Source: Candidatus Eiseniibacteriota bacterium (GTDB taxonomy: Bacteria; Eisenbacteria; RBG-16-71-46). Taken from it: 64,000 nt of DNA. The stretch lies in NCBI GenBank assembly GCA_038231135.1, contig JBBRLX010000001.1:1-64000 (forward strand), written 5' to 3'. A program made the translations under genes and the position numbers. Position 1 is the stretch's first letter; every line of letters starts with the position of its first letter. Positions 39,365-48,145 of the stretch are shown here, piece by piece. The notes below the pieces were generated by a model that was not told the DNA's origin, made no database searches, and saw nothing but the letters and a program-made list of their open reading frames with translations.

Positions 39365-41782
39365 CTACGGCCTTTGCCGAGCCGCACTCAACCGAATCTG
39401 ATAGTCCGGTTGCCGGGTCAGGCCGGAGGCTCCGGGCCAGCGCGACAGGTCCTCCAGCAGGTCGCGGGGCGCGGCGGCGAGCGCACGGATCGCACGGTCG
39501 TGCTGCCCGAGCGCATCATAGGTGAGGGCGGCCGACCACATCACATCCCCGAGTGCCGGCGAGGAGCGGAGCGCCTGTTCGACCTCGACGTCCGCCCGTC
39601 TCGCATCCCCGAGTCGGGCGCAGAGGTAGCCGAGGAAGCCCCGGAAGTACCCTCGATCCGGAGAGCTGGCGACGGCATTCTCGACCATCGTGAAGCTGTG
39701 TTCGTATGCGGCCCGAGACTCCGCGGCGTCGCCCAGGCGCAGATGACAGTCGCCCAGGTAGAGCCAGGTGAGGAACTCGGAGGAATCCCGTATCGCGGCG
39801 CGGCGCAGGAATGGAATCGCATCGCGCTCACGGGATTGGTACATGAGCACTTGTCCAAGCGACAGCAGCGCGCTCGGATCATCACGCTGCTCGAGCGCCA
39901 GGCGGAGCTCGCGTTCGGCATCGGCGAAGCGCCCCACATTCATGAGGGCGTTGGCCAGGACCGCACGCACGCGGGTCACCGTCGGAGCCAGCGCCACGGC
40001 CTTCCGGAGTTCGGGAATGGCGTCGTTGTAGGCGCCCTGGCTGAAGTACCAGCTCCCGAGATCCTGATGGGTGCGATAGTAGGCCGGCTCCACCTCGACC
40101 GCCTTGCGCAACGCCGCGATCGCCAGGTCCAGTTGATTGTCTCGCCGGTAGGCTTCGCCCAGCCGCCGCCACGCATCCGAATTGGTCGACGGCAGTTCGG
40201 TGGCCCGCTCGTAGCGGACGATCGCCGGGGCGAACCGGCCATCGTTTGCTTCGAGCAATCCGGCGATGCGGTGCACTTCGGGCGTGTCCTGTGCGCGCAG
40301 TTCCGCGCGTCGCACGGATTCCTTGCAGCGCGCGAACCACGTGGTGTCCTGGGTGAGGTAGTACCTGCGCCACTCGGCTTCGGCCTGTCCCGCCCACGGC
40401 AGCGGCGAGCCGGGTTCCGCCGCGGCCGCATGCTTCATGAGCGCCAACGCCTCGTCGAGGCGGTCGTCGTCGCGAAGCAGCGGCAGCGCTGATTCATAGA
40501 TCCGCCGAGCCTCCGGGCGGTTCATTCGTAACGTCGTGGGATCGGGCATCAGGTGCAGCGCGGCACTCACCACCGACGCCGCGGCGACACTCGCGAATGG
40601 CAGCTCATCGGGCGCGTAGTCGCCTTCCCATCGTGTCAGCGTCTGCTGTGATCCGGTTGCGAGCAATTGCACATGCAACCCGTGACTCGTGGTCGTCGAA
40701 TCCATCACGACCCGCAACTGATGCGTCGCACCCACCATCGAATGCGTAATGTGGAACGCGCGCTGCCGGGTGCCTCGAAGCGCCTGCAGGGCGCCACGCA
40801 GGTCCAGCGTGGACGACACGGCCAGGTGCACGGTCTCGGGCGGCGCATTCACGCGCCAGTACGCGACCGAGGCGGTGAGGATCACGGCCCCGAGCGCACT
40901 CAACACCAGCACTCGCCGGCGGCGCGGAGGGTCGAGTGCGCGCTGCAGCGCGGGCACGTCGGCGAAGCGCTCGCGCGGATCCATGGCGAGGCAGCGTTTC
41001 ACGATTGCATCCCAGCGCCCGCCGGGCGGGCTGCGTCTGGCGGGAGACCCCGCGGTTCCGGATCGGGCGGGCGTCGAACCACTCGCGGCAACGGTCACGG
41101 TCGAGGCCGCTTCGAGCGCCCGGAGTTCCTTTGAGCTCGAGAGCAGCCTTTGAAGGACGACGCCGAACGCATAGATATCCGATGCAACCGATATCGATGC
41201 GCCCGTGAGCAGTTCGGGCGCCATGTAACCTGGCGTGCCCCCCGAACTCCCGTCCTGCCGCGGGCCCTGCGCCAGTCCGAAGTCCGTGATCACCGCTCGA
41301 GCCGCGCCGTCGGCCGTCGGCGCCAGCAGGATGTTGTTGGGCTTGAGGTCGCCGTGCACGACACGGCAGCGATGCGCCTCGGCCAGCCCCGCGCAGATCT
41401 GCAGGGCGATGCTGCGCGCCTCCTCGTTGCGCATCGGGGCGCGTGCCAGGCGTTGCGCGAGCGTCTCGCCCTCGAGAAACTCCATGGTGATGAAGTCCAC
41501 GTCACCGGCGGGCGTGTGCGCGGAATGAATCTCGAAGATCTTGCACACGTTCGGGTGGCTCACCGAACTGGCGTTGCGGACCTCGGGTGAGAGCAGTCGC
41601 CCCAGCCCGAATCGCGCCACCTTCAGCGCGATGCGGCGGTCGAGCTTTTCGTCGTACGCTTCGTATACGATGCCCATTCCGCCGTGCGCAAGCTCACGCG
41701 TGATCCGGAAACGACCTGCCAGCAGTGCTCCGGGAGCGAAGTGATCGGGAGACTCGCGTGTTCCTGCCGGATCGTCATGCAT
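39365..41782 (-). CDS. Membrane Ser/Thr kinase (non-RD) with C-terminal TPR domain
   Basis: LAHGGMGIVY, ALK, HGDLKPNN, DFGLA, GTPGYMAPE; TM after RRRR; many TPRs; start ATG 41782 inferred. Confidence 0.9.
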   Translation of the reverse strand: MHDDPAGTRESPDHFAPGALLAGRFRITRELAHGGMGIVYEAYDEKLDRRIALKVARFGLGRLLSPEVRNASSVSHPNVCKIFEIHSAHTPAGDVDFITMEFLEGETLAQRLARAPMRNEEARSIALQICAGLAEAHRCRVVHGDLKPNNILLAPTADGAARAVITDFGLAQGPRQDGSSGGTPGYMAPELLTGASISVASDIYAFGVVLQRLLSSSKELRALEAASTVTVAASGSTPARSGTAGSPARRSPPGGRWDAIVKRCLAMDPRERFADVPALQRALDPPRRRRVLVLSALGAVILTASVAYWRVNAPPETVHLAVSSTLDLRGALQALRGTRQRAFHITHSMVGATHQLRVVMDSTTTSHGLHVQLLATGSQQTLTRWEGDYAPDELPFASVAAASVVSAALHLMPDPTTLRMNRPEARRIYESALPLLRDDDRLDEALALMKHAAAAEPGSPLPWAGQAEAEWRRYYLTQDTTWFARCKESVRRAELRAQDTPEVHRIAGLLEANDGRFAPAIVRYERATELPSTNSDAWRRLGEAYRRDNQLDLAIAALRKAVEVEPAYYRTHQDLGSWYFSQGAYNDAIPELRKAVALAPTVTRVRAVLANALMNVGRFADAERELRLALEQRDDPSALLSLGQVLMYQSRERDAIPFLRRAAIRDSSEFLTWLYLGDCHLRLGDAAESRAAYEHSFTMVENAVASSPDRGYFRGFLGYLCARLGDARRADVEVEQALRSSPALGDVMWSAALTYDALGQHDRAIRALAAAPRDLLEDLSRWPGASGLTRQPDYQIRLSAARQRP

Positions 41783-42201
41783 GGATCCAGTTTCGCCCCC
41801 GAGATGGCCGCGCCCAGCACGCTGCGAGACTCTGCGATAGTCCGTGAGCGCTTTGGCGGGTGTCAACCGAAGCAATGCCCCGGATTCGGATCGCAGGGCC
41901 AAGTCGCTGCCACCGGCGTGGAGCCGCCGGCGAGCGGCGCGAGCAAGGCCGCTGACCTCCTCACGATGGGTCAGGGGAACAACGCCACCGAGGCGAGATC
42001 CTACCGTTTGCAGGGGTATGGCGCAGCACCGAAATCGCATCGCCACGCATCCACAAGCTCGTTCGCGCGGAGGCTAGAGGACGTTCAGGCCGGGAGGTGC
42101 GGACGGAACTCTCTTGCGTTGTGGGTGAAGTCGTACATGTCGGGCGGTTGGAACCCATCCGTCGCACGTAGGTATAGAGCTGTCCGCGGTGGTGGTGTTC
42201 A

Positions 42202-44559
42202 TCAGCGCATGCGCACCATGCGTCGGGCATCGCTCACCCCGCCCGCCTCGAGCCGGCTGAAGTACAGCCCGGCGGCCGTCGCCGCGCCCGCATCGTCGCG
42301 ACCGTCCCAATCGAGCGAGTAGTGACCGGCCTCCTGCACCGTGCCCGCGACCAGCGAGCGCACGAGGCGGCCGCCGATGTCGTAGATGCGCAGCGAAACG
42401 CGGCCACGCTGCGCCAGGTCGTAGGCGAGCGCCGTGCGCGCCTGGAACGGGTTCGGGCGCGCCGCGCGCAGCATCGCATGCAGAGGCACGCCGCCGCCGT
42501 CGACGCCGGCGACATGATTCGAATCGTAGATCGCAGTCGCGAACTCGGGGTGATCGACGAACGGGTTGCGATTGTGCTGGTACTCGTAGATCGCGCCGTT
42601 GCGCACGCGCTCTTTCCAGCTCACGGCGTCGGCGATGCTCCACAGCAAGTACTGGTCGGCCGCCCACGGCAGCATCTGCGACTTGCTGGTCGATGCGCCG
42701 CCCGGCCACGAGGCGTCCTCGTTGAAGTACCGCGTCGAAACATAGAACTGGCTGCGCGACAGGTCGCCCTTGTAGCCGTCGATCGGCTCGAAGCAGGTGC
42801 CGCTGTATCCGGGTGACACGCAGCCGCCGAGCCGGGTGCCGTTCAGCGACGTCCAGGTGGCCGAGCCGACCTTGCCGTACGGGTAGTTGCCGCGCTCGCT
42901 GTTCACCTTGGAATCCGTCGGATAGATGATCCACAAGTCCGAGTACATCGGCAGAATGCTGCCACCGAACCACGATTGCGGAAACGAGTGCTCGCGGTTG
43001 TACGCGATGCCTTCGCTGCCGCCCGAGCCCAGCGGGCCGAACGCGAACTCGTACGGCGGTGTGCCGCCCGGGACGTCGGAGTAGACGTCCCACACCTTGC
43101 CGTCCGGACGCTTGTCGGTGTTCTGGAACGCAGTCGCGGTAAAGCTGTAGGTGAGGGAGGTGTGGGCCTTGATGATGTTGTGAAGCGCGACGCGCAGCGC
43201 CGAACCGCGCAGGCCGATCGCGGAGTCGTAGTAGCCCGCGGGGATCGACACATCGACATAGTGGAAGACGAAGGTCGCATGGTCGGTGAAGTGCGCCATG
43301 AGATCCCCGACGCCATTCACCGTGAGCGTGCGGTCGCCCGCGGGGATGGACCGCACCGTGATCGTCACCTCCGACATCGTAACGGAGTCGCGGACCGCGT
43401 TCACCGTGGTGAGTCCATCGACACTGTAGTTGCCCGGGAGCTGCGAGGTCGAGGGGTCGACCGCGACGCTGAAGAACACCTGCAGCGTCGAATCGCTCGC
43501 TTCGTAGACGGAGGTGATGACCGGCGTCCCCGAGCCGCCACCGCCCGTGCCGGTGACGGCATAATTGAGGACCGGCGACTGCACGGTCACGGAGTCATCG
43601 GCCGCGATGACCTGGTAATAGACGACCGTGCCACCCGTCTGTGCCGGGATGGGCGACGAGGTCTGCCAGAAGTCCCCGCTCGCGGGGGCCATGCTGATGA
43701 TGTTCGGGAGCGACGAGTTACTCGTGCCCCACGCCAGCGAGACGGCGTCGAGCGCGCGCGCGGTGTCGACCACACTGGCCTGGACCGTGACGCCGAGCGT
43801 ATCGAGCGGCACCGACGGGGACGTCGAGAGGTTCGAGATCACCGGGCCCGCGGGGCCGCCGCCCGAACCGATCAAGGTGCCGGTCACCGCGACATTGTCG
43901 ATCGAGGCCTTGGGACGTGCCCCCGAGGAACCAGACGGACCGGTGCCGTTGTAGTCGTAGAAGCGGATGCGCGCGGTCGGGCAATTCGTGAACGCCGCCG
44001 GCAGCGTTATGAGCGAGACGTTCTGCGAGAACGCGACATTGTTCGTAAAGTTGACCACCGAGGCGGCGGACAGTTCGGTGAACGTCGTGCCGTCGATGCT
44101 CGTGTAAACCCGCATCGAACCGTTGCGATTGCCGGTGGTGTTGAACACGGTCGCGAAATCGAAGCTCAGCGTGCCCGCGGTGACGCCGGTGAAGTCGAAC
44201 AACAGGTCGATGGCGTCTGCGTTGATGTTGTCGGTGCCGTTCGTGGACAGCAGCTGGATGTTGCCGGAGCCCTTCTGCACGCCACCCGAAGTCGACGTAA
44301 CGAACGTCGCCGTGCTCACCGTGATCTTGACGCCGTCGGGGATCGTTCCCGTGCCGTTGGTGCCGACGGATGCCCAGTACTGGGCGCCGACACCGGAGGC
44401 GAAATTATTCGTCCAGTTCGCGACGTCGTTGAAGTTCTCGAGGTAGTTGCCACTCGCCATCGGGAACGGAGTGGCGGCGGAGGCCGGTGAAGCGGCTGTC
44501 CCGACGAGCAACACGAGCAGCAACAACGGAGCGGGGAAGGACACGGGGAGCTTGCGCAA
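42202..44559 (-). CDS. Secreted endonuclease I / Bsn-type nuclease with Ig-like domains and FlgD-Ig-like C-terminus
   Basis: YNREHSFPQSWF, NSERGNYPYG, FEPIDGYKGD, QHNRNPFVDHP; PNPF..IYDIGGRLVR..WDGRD; TTG 44559 after GAAAGG. Confidence 0.9.
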   Translation of the reverse strand: MRKLPVSFPAPLLLLVLLVGTAASPASAATPFPMASGNYLENFNDVANWTNNFASGVGAQYWASVGTNGTGTIPDGVKITVSTATFVTSTSGGVQKGSGNIQLLSTNGTDNINADAIDLLFDFTGVTAGTLSFDFATVFNTTGNRNGSMRVYTSIDGTTFTELSAASVVNFTNNVAFSQNVSLITLPAAFTNCPTARIRFYDYNGTGPSGSSGARPKASIDNVAVTGTLIGSGGGPAGPVISNLSTSPSVPLDTLGVTVQASVVDTARALDAVSLAWGTSNSSLPNIISMAPASGDFWQTSSPIPAQTGGTVVYYQVIAADDSVTVQSPVLNYAVTGTGGGGSGTPVITSVYEASDSTLQVFFSVAVDPSTSQLPGNYSVDGLTTVNAVRDSVTMSEVTITVRSIPAGDRTLTVNGVGDLMAHFTDHATFVFHYVDVSIPAGYYDSAIGLRGSALRVALHNIIKAHTSLTYSFTATAFQNTDKRPDGKVWDVYSDVPGGTPPYEFAFGPLGSGGSEGIAYNREHSFPQSWFGGSILPMYSDLWIIYPTDSKVNSERGNYPYGKVGSATWTSLNGTRLGGCVSPGYSGTCFEPIDGYKGDLSRSQFYVSTRYFNEDASWPGGASTSKSQMLPWAADQYLLWSIADAVSWKERVRNGAIYEYQHNRNPFVDHPEFATAIYDSNHVAGVDGGGVPLHAMLRAARPNPFQARTALAYDLAQRGRVSLRIYDIGGRLVRSLVAGTVQEAGHYSLDWDGRDDAGAATAAGLYFSRLEAGGVSDARRMVRMR

Positions 44560-44925
44560 GGGATGGAACCTTTCGGTCTTGGGCTCCGCGCCGCGGACCA
44601 CCGGGCATTTACGGATCGGTGGCTGCGGGAGGAGACGCTTCGGCTGGTGCAAGGGACGGGCCCAGAAGGGGTACCGGATCCCCATAAGAGTAACCCGGAA
44701 TGGACCGCCCGCAAATGGTTTACAGGCACCCGCGAGCCTACAACCCCACCTCACTTTCACCGCATGACGCGGACCCGGAATCCGCTCGCGCTCAGGACCC
44801 GCTCCTTGCCTGGCCGGGAATCTCCGCAGCACGACTCCCACCACTTGGACCTTGACCCCTCGCCCAGTTCGGAGCCACTATTGCGAAAGTCTTGACTTCA
44901 GGGAATCACCCTGGGAACCCCTTAC

Positions 44926-45537
44926 ATGGCCGCCGCCCGCCTTCGTGCCGTTCTACTCGCCGTCATCCTCTGCGCCGTGTGCGTCTCCGCCGCGCAAGCC
45001 ACTGGTGTCATCTGCGGCACCGTGCGTGACGCGATCACGGCTCAGCCCATCGTCGGTGCCGGCATCTTCGTCCGGCAGACCACCGGCCCGTACACGGGGC
45101 TGAACGGCGCGACCGACGCCGCCGGGCATTACTGCATCGGCGGTATTCCGGCGGGCACCTACGATCTCGAAGTGCGTGTCGACGACTACCAGGTCGCCTA
45201 TCGCCGCGGCGTCGTGGTAACCGACCAGACGACGGGTGTGGATGTCGACGCGCATTTCCTCAAGAGCACGCTGTCTCCGCCCTGGCCCAACCCGGCCCGG
45301 AACGGTGTGAGCTTCCGCCTGCGCATTCGTGATGCGGGGACGATCGGGCTCGCGGTGGTCGACTTGAACGGGCGGCTGTTGAAGGGCTGGACCGGACTCG
45401 CCGGTGCCGGTGAGGACCGCACCATCCACTGGGACTTTCGCGACGCCGCCGGACGCACGCTGCCGGCGGGTCGCTACTTCCTGCGACTGAGCGCGGGTGA
45501 TCTCGCGATGATTCGTTCGTTCGTGCGTCTTCCTTAG
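44926..45537 (+). CDS. Secreted carboxypeptidase-regulatory-like domain protein with FlgD-Ig-like C-terminus
   Basis: GTVRDAITAQPIVGA..TDAAGHY..GIPAGTYDL; PNP..DLNGRL..WDFRD..AGRYF. Confidence 0.8.
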   Translation: MAAARLRAVLLAVILCAVCVSAAQATGVICGTVRDAITAQPIVGAGIFVRQTTGPYTGLNGATDAAGHYCIGGIPAGTYDLEVRVDDYQVAYRRGVVVTDQTTGVDVDAHFLKSTLSPPWPNPARNGVSFRLRIRDAGTIGLAVVDLNGRLLKGWTGLAGAGEDRTIHWDFRDAAGRTLPAGRYFLRLSAGDLAMIRSFVRLP

Positions 45538-45548
45538 GAGAACCTCCG

Positions 45549-47993
45549 ATGCCCCGCTCCCTGCGAGTCTCGAACCCCCGGTTGTACGCGACGCTCGCAT
45601 GCTCGGTCGCAGTCGTCCTGCTGGCCCTCCAGGCGGGGTGCGGCAGCAACGCCAGGAGCGTGTTCGAGCCGCTCGCCCCGACGCCGACTGGCGCGGTGAT
45701 CGCGGGCTCTGTGCGCGCGCAGGGCGGCGGCGTCCTCCCGGGCGTGGTCGTCACGCTCGAGGCGATCGACGGTGGGTTGTCCGCGAGCGTGTACCGCGCG
45801 ATGCGTGATGTCGCTCCGGCGGCGGCGAGTCTCGGGCGCGGGGGGCGGTTGCCCCTCGTGGGCGCACCGGCGACCACCACCAACGGACGCGCGCCCAGCG
45901 CCGTGCTCGGCACGCCGAGCCGTTCCGCAGTGACCGACTCGCGCGGCGGCTTCGCGTTCGCGGGTGTGGCCTCGGGTGCGTATCTATTGACCGGGATCAC
46001 GCAGAACCACCAGGCGGGAACGGCGCACGCCGACGTTCCGCACATCGAGTCGAGCACGGCCGTCGAGACGACCTTCGTGAACATCTCGATGATGCCGACC
46101 GGCAAGTTCTACGGCAACGTCACGCTCGAGAACGCGACGAACCACCAGAGCACGATCGTCTACGTGGATGGCACCTCGTACCTGGCGGTCACCAACGCGG
46201 CCGGCAATTACCGGATCGAGGGCGTGCCGGTGGGAACGTGGACCGTGCGCGGTACGCATCCGGGTTACCTCGATCGTTCGACGAGCGGATCCATCGCCGC
46301 GGCGGGCGACAGCATCCCGCTCGCCAGCTTCCAGCTGCCGCTCAACTCGAACATCCCGCCGACTGCGGCAGCGAACGCTCCGACTTCGCTGGTCACGCAC
46401 GTGCCGACCAGCTTCTCGGGCTCGGGCGCCGACGACGACGGCACGATCGTGCGCTACGAGTGGGATTTCGAGAACGACGGCACCTTCGACTACTCGAGCC
46501 CGACGTCCGCGAGCACCACGCACGCCTACCCGTCGAACGGCACCTATGTCGCGAAGTTGCGCGTCACCGACAACCAGGGGGCCATCGGGCTCGACGCGAT
46601 CACGTTCACCGTGACGAACGCGGTATTCCTCTCCACCACGGGCGGCGACGCGAACCCCGGCACGTTCGATCAGCCGGTGGCCACGTTCGCCCAGGCGTTC
46701 TCGCTCGCCGCGTCGCAGAACCTGACCAACGTCTACGTGGCCACGGGGACGTACACCGAAGCGCCCGTCTTCCCGGCCGGCCTCGAGATTCGCGGCGGGT
46801 ATACTTCGGGCGCCACGTGGACCCGGACTGCCGGCAACTACAGCATCGTCAACGTGGGCCTGTCCCCGGCGCTGGCATCCGGCGTCAGCAGCGCGACGCT
46901 CGTCAGCGGCCTCGATATTCGCGCCAGCAATCAAATCGCTCCAGGCGCCAGTTCGATCGCGATGCGCGTGCAGAACAGCACCGCGGCCCTGCAGTTCACG
47001 GACTGCAAGTTCTCGGCGGGCAACGGCGGCAATGCCAATAACGGATCCAGCGGCGTCGCCGGCAGCAGTGGCTCCAGTGCCGGCGGTCAGGGGGGCGGCG
47101 TCGGCGGCATTCCCGGTGGCGGCCTGGGAGGCGCGGGCGGGGGCGGTGGCAACTTCGGTTCCGGCGGTGGCAATGGGGGGAATGGCGGGAACTTCTGCGG
47201 CGGCAATAGCGGTGGTTTCGGTGGAAGTGGTTTCTCGTGCTCCCCCGGCGGCGGCGGCGGCAATGGTTTCCCCGGGACCAATTGCGCCCCCGGTGACGGC
47301 CCCAACGGAGCCTCACTCACCGGTGCGGGTACCGTGGTGACCGGAGTGTGGGTCCCCGCCGCGGGCAACTCGGGTGTTCAGGGCGCGGGCGGAGCGGGCG
47401 GCGGTGGCGGCGGTGGCGGCGGCGGCACGACGACTGGATTCCTGTGCGGCAACAACGCGACCGGCGGAGCGGGCGGTGGCGGTGGCGGCGGAGGTGGATT
47501 CGGTACGGGCGGCGTGGGAGGCCAGGGAGGTGGCGCGTCGTTCGCTGTGTTCCTCCTCAACTCGTCTCCCATCTTCAGTGCGTGCTCCTTCACCTCCAAG
47601 TTCGGCGGGGCGGGTGGAATTGGCGGCAACGGTGGCGGATTCGGGCTCGGCGCCAATGGAGCCGGCGGATCCGCCGGCGGCCTCAACGCGGGTTCGGGCG
47701 GGCCTGGCGCCCTGGCCGGAAGGGGAGGCGGTGGTGGCGGCGGCGGTGGCGGGGCGGGCGGCCTGACCGTTTGCGTCGCGAGCGTGGGAGCGTCTTCGCC
47801 GACGCTCACGAGTCCCTCGTACACCGTGGGTCTCGGGGGCTCCGCGGGCAGCGGCGGATTCAACGGCGGCACCGCCACGCAAGCGCCGGCGGGCCCGAAT
47901 GGCACGTCGGCTCAGACGTTGCTGCTTCCGGGTTCCGAACCGGGACTGGTGGGGAGCAGGGTGACGGTGCGGCATGAGGGCAGGAGCCGCTGA
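45549..47993 (+). CDS. Lipoprotein with carboxypeptidase-regulatory-like and PKD domains and a long Gly-rich tract
   Basis: LQAGC lipobox; DDDGTIVRYEWDF..HAY..GTY..LRVTDNQG (PKD); GGDANPGTFDQP; ~300 aa GGx region. Confidence 0.8.
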   Translation: MPRSLRVSNPRLYATLACSVAVVLLALQAGCGSNARSVFEPLAPTPTGAVIAGSVRAQGGGVLPGVVVTLEAIDGGLSASVYRAMRDVAPAAASLGRGGRLPLVGAPATTTNGRAPSAVLGTPSRSAVTDSRGGFAFAGVASGAYLLTGITQNHQAGTAHADVPHIESSTAVETTFVNISMMPTGKFYGNVTLENATNHQSTIVYVDGTSYLAVTNAAGNYRIEGVPVGTWTVRGTHPGYLDRSTSGSIAAAGDSIPLASFQLPLNSNIPPTAAANAPTSLVTHVPTSFSGSGADDDGTIVRYEWDFENDGTFDYSSPTSASTTHAYPSNGTYVAKLRVTDNQGAIGLDAITFTVTNAVFLSTTGGDANPGTFDQPVATFAQAFSLAASQNLTNVYVATGTYTEAPVFPAGLEIRGGYTSGATWTRTAGNYSIVNVGLSPALASGVSSATLVSGLDIRASNQIAPGASSIAMRVQNSTAALQFTDCKFSAGNGGNANNGSSGVAGSSGSSAGGQGGGVGGIPGGGLGGAGGGGGNFGSGGGNGGNGGNFCGGNSGGFGGSGFSCSPGGGGGNGFPGTNCAPGDGPNGASLTGAGTVVTGVWVPAAGNSGVQGAGGAGGGGGGGGGGTTTGFLCGNNATGGAGGGGGGGGGFGTGGVGGQGGGASFAVFLLNSSPIFSACSFTSKFGGAGGIGGNGGGFGLGANGAGGSAGGLNAGSGGPGALAGRGGGGGGGGGGAGGLTVCVASVGASSPTLTSPSYTVGLGGSAGSGGFNGGTATQAPAGPNGTSAQTLLLPGSEPGLVGSRVTVRHEGRSR

Positions 47994-48145
47994 TCCACTC
48001 TTCAACCAGCGCTTCAAGTGGTGTCCACGAATCAATGATGATCAGCAGCGCTGTGATCGTTCCCGGTGACCCCCGGGTCGTCGGGCCAACCAAGTGCAGT
48101 CCTCGCGCCGGCCGCCGCCCCCAGCGCCGCGCCTTGGAGCCGCCG

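Noticed and set aside
44560..44780. Possible c-di-GMP-I riboswitch upstream of the nuclease (GTAAACCATT on the minus strand)
   Set aside because: Lacks the GAAA-loop stem and GACGCAAAGC core.
47010..47900. GGC-rich DNA as a non-coding microsatellite
   Set aside because: In-frame Gly codons with varied third positions inside a lipoprotein CDS.
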